DNA of 64,000 bases from Vezdaea acicularis (lineage: Eukaryota): assembly GCA_026025075.1 (NCBI GenBank), contig JAPEUI010000028.1:62001-126000 (forward strand). The letters are read 5' to 3'. Shown piece by piece: positions 61,137 to 64,000 of this stretch. Both the position numbers and the translations under genes were made by a program. Position 1 is the first letter of the stretch. Each line of letters starts with the position of its first letter. The notes beneath the pieces are model-generated. The model worked only from the letters and a program-made list of their open reading frames with translations. It ran no database searches and was not told the origin of the DNA.

Positions 61137-62840
61137 TTATGATCTGTTGTTTCGTCCAAGGCCTAACTCTTCGATGACTTTTGCTAGGTCAAACAGGAGC
61201 TGATCATCGCCATACTGGGCAATTAGTTGGATACCCGTTGTCCCAATTGTCGAATTGTCTACTCCATCTTGCTTCAAGGCGACAGGAACAGTCAAAGCTG
61301 GGAGTCCAGCAAGACTAGCAGGCACCGTGAATACGTCGTTCATATACGCTTGTAAGGTTGATTGCGATTTAACTTCTTTCCGACTCGGTGGCTCTGATGG
61401 GGTTGTGGGACATATCAGAACATCCACGCCTTCAAGAGCGCCCTCGTTGTGGGGCCTTCTATCTTGTAGAGGGTTCGCTAAGGCAAAGACTGAATTGAAA
61501 TCGTCTTGAACGCATCTTCGAACGGCTTGCGCCTGAAGGAAGTAGTTATCGATAGCCTCAGCACTTAAGCTATATGTGCCAAGTAATATACGTCTCTTTA
61601 CTTCCTCACCAAAGTTCTTACCACGAGTCCCAGCAAACAAAACGCCTCCAGACGTGTCATCTTCGTCCTCACGAGTTCCGTAACGGACACCGTCATACTT
61701 GGCAAGGTTAGAAGAAGCCTCCGCAGGAGCCAGCACATAGTAGGCGGATAGTGCATTTCTGGTCGTTGACAAGGAGACCTTTCGGATGCAATGCCCCTGT
61801 GTGTCGAGCTGCCTTAAGGTGTTGACCCAGGCATTCCGGATAGAGCTGCTGAGTTCCTGAACATTGTACTCGATTGGCACGCCTATACGTAGCCGGTGTC
61901 CCTTGTTCCTTGCAGCCGAAAGGTCCGTTATCCGTGAACGTGTTTCATTTGAGATACTTGTAGGGTCTCTCTTGTCATACCCATTGATTGCATCTAACTT
62001 TATCAGCGTGTAAGTGTACTATGAAATGAGACCAAATACCGTACCGAATACTGACTTTATGATGTCACATTTTGTGGCCAATATTCCAACGGTGTCCAGC
62101 GAGTTGGCATAAGCAACAATTCCGCATCTTGATACCATACCATAGGAGGGCTTGAAGCCCACAACCCCTGTGTATGCAGCAGGTAGTCTGACAGATCCAC
62201 CCGTGTCCGTGCCAATGGCACTGTAGTGCGTCAGCCCTACAGTCCTGTATACCATGACAGTATGAGCCCTTACGCAATACACTGCTCAGTCGCAACCGCA
62301 ACCGCGCTTCCTCCCGAACTTCCGCCGGCGGATGCCTGTCCATTTCCTCGCGGATTCTTTACATCATCGAAGAAAGAATTCATGGAATGAGAGCTTTTTG
62401 AACCTCTCATATTAGTTTCTGGGAGCGAAATATCAAAGGGGTTATAGCTCACCCCATACCAAACTCATCCATTCCAGTCTTTCCTACTATCAAAGCTCCG
62501 GCCGCTTCGAGTTTCTTGATCACTGTCGCGTCATACGGGCTTGTGTAGTCTTTGAGCATACGCGAGGCACATGTTGTAGGCAATGCCGTTGTGCAAATGT
62601 TATCCTTAATGGCTATGATCTTCCCATCGAGAGGAGACCAAGATTGGCCTATTCAAAAATCAATCAAAGAGCACGAGATGTTGCGTCTGCGTTCTACAAA
62701 CCAGCCTCCGCGCGATTGTGCGCTTCCCTAACCCTTGACAGGAGGCCAACATCGTCCTTCGTCTTAGATATGAACGCATTGAGCGCCTTGTAAGTTTTCT
62801 GATTGCCAATAAATTTCTCCGCTTCTCGTAGCAGCGACAT
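61137..62840 (-). CDS. HER2: Mitochondrial glutamyl-tRNA(Gln) amidotransferase subunit A (GatA, amidase signature)
   Basis: [42 protein letters not shown] and [12 protein letters not shown]. Confidence 0.92.
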
Positions 62841-62971
62841 ACGAGGTGATAGTTCGTGTTGAGACACTGTTAAGATATCGAGATGCGCGTTCTGCTAGCC
62901 GAACGCGAACGTGATCGCAAACCCCCGTCCTTTATCCTCGACGTGCGGAGGTTTCGACGACCTAATCTATC

Positions 62972-64000
62972 ATGGCTTCAATGCTAGTAAAAAGATCCAA
63001 CCCTCGCTCGCAGAAGTGGTACAGCTTGTCCGGAGTCTCGCTCTCTCCTGGTCGACGGCGCAACATATCTGCCTATGGCTATACACAGGCCAAAGCGCTC
63101 GTATATTCGGAACACGGGGAACCTCAAGCCGTCCTTAGGCAAGCTGTTTTGCGCCACAGGCTGGAGATGTTCCTGTTCTGACACTCTTCAATAGTCTCCA
63201 CTCCCACTCACTACCCCCGGCACACTCGAAAAACTTGACCATTCGATTTCTAGCTATGCCTATCAACCCTGCAGACATTAATCAAATTCAAGGCACCTAT
63301 GCGACCCTTCCTCCATTCACATCCTCAATAGGAACTATAAAGCCTAGTGCCGTGGCTGGAAACGAGGGTGTTGCAGAGGTTCTCTCTGTTGGGTCTGGGG
63401 TCAAATCCGTAGCGAAAGGAGACTGGGTGATAATGGCTAAGACAGGCTTTGGAACATGGCGGACGCACGCGCAGTGTAGTGAAGAGCACATCATACGCAT
63501 TGAGAAGGAGGGCCTAAGCCCCAGTCAGGCATGCACTGTAGGTGTTAATCCATGTACGGCTTATCGGATGCTAAAAGACTTCGTAAACCTAAAAGAAGGG
63601 GACTGGTGGATACAGAATGGGGCAAATAGCGGGGTTGGAAGGACTGTGATACAACTGGGGAAGCTATGGGGTCTAAGAAGCATTAATGTGATACGAGGCA
63701 GGCCAAACATACAGCAAGTTCGAGAAGAGCTGAAAGGGCTCGGAGCGGACATCGTAGTCACAGAGGAGGAGATCATGGATAGAGGCTTCTCTGAGAAGAT
63801 CAAAAGTTGGACAGACGGTGGCCGTGAGCCTGTTCGTCTCGGTCTCAATTGCGTCGGAGGCAAGCCTGCCACTGCGCTCGCAAGGTCGTTGTCGCCAGAA
63901 GCGCATCTTGTAACATATGGAGCAATGAGCAAACAGCCTCTTATGTTACCAACTGGACTTTTAATATTTAAAGACTTGCACTTCGACGGATTTTGGGTCA
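62972..64000 (+). CDS. ETR1: Mitochondrial trans-2-enoyl-ACP/CoA reductase (MDR family); runs off window end
   Basis: Presequence, then AKALVYSEHGEP, PINPADINQIQGTY, GNEGVAEV, VNPCTAYRML, QNGANSGVG and VTYGAMS. Confidence 0.9.

Noticed and set aside
8137..62840. Functional clustering of genome-maintenance genes (OB protein, TOF1, ATR) or tRNA-related genes (tRNA, TAD2, GatA)
   Set aside because: Dispersed among unrelated housekeeping genes; consistent with chance.

Overview
Gene-dense, intron-rich nuclear DNA from a filamentous ascomycete (Pezizomycotina-type GT..CTRAC..YAG introns). It holds about 24 protein-coding genes, mostly housekeeping: NMD5-like importin, SKI2, UFE1, APL1, 3-hydroxybutyryl-CoA dehydrogenase, TOF1, FKBP12, BEM1, THP3, VPS36, SRB4/MED17, ISN1, ATR/MEC1, TAD2, GatA and ETR1. 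Also present are an RPA1-like two-OB protein, a GCIP protein, an F-box protein, a Zn2Cys6 factor, a STEEP1/CXorf56 homologue and two secreted proteins. The standout is a minus-strand tRNA-Arg(CCU) gene at 46601-46725 whose T-loop is split by a 53-nt intron with canonical U2 spliceosomal signals (GTATGA / GCTGAC / CAG). Other candidates: an unidentified structured RNA at about 51.14-51.45 kb, a hairpin-rich 2.4-kb intergenic region carrying a telomerase-template-like 9-mer, two sharp C-to-G strand-skew flips in a GC-rich island, a MITE-like inverted repeat, and microexon gene structures. Exon boundaries and pairings were worked out by eye; no database searches were run.
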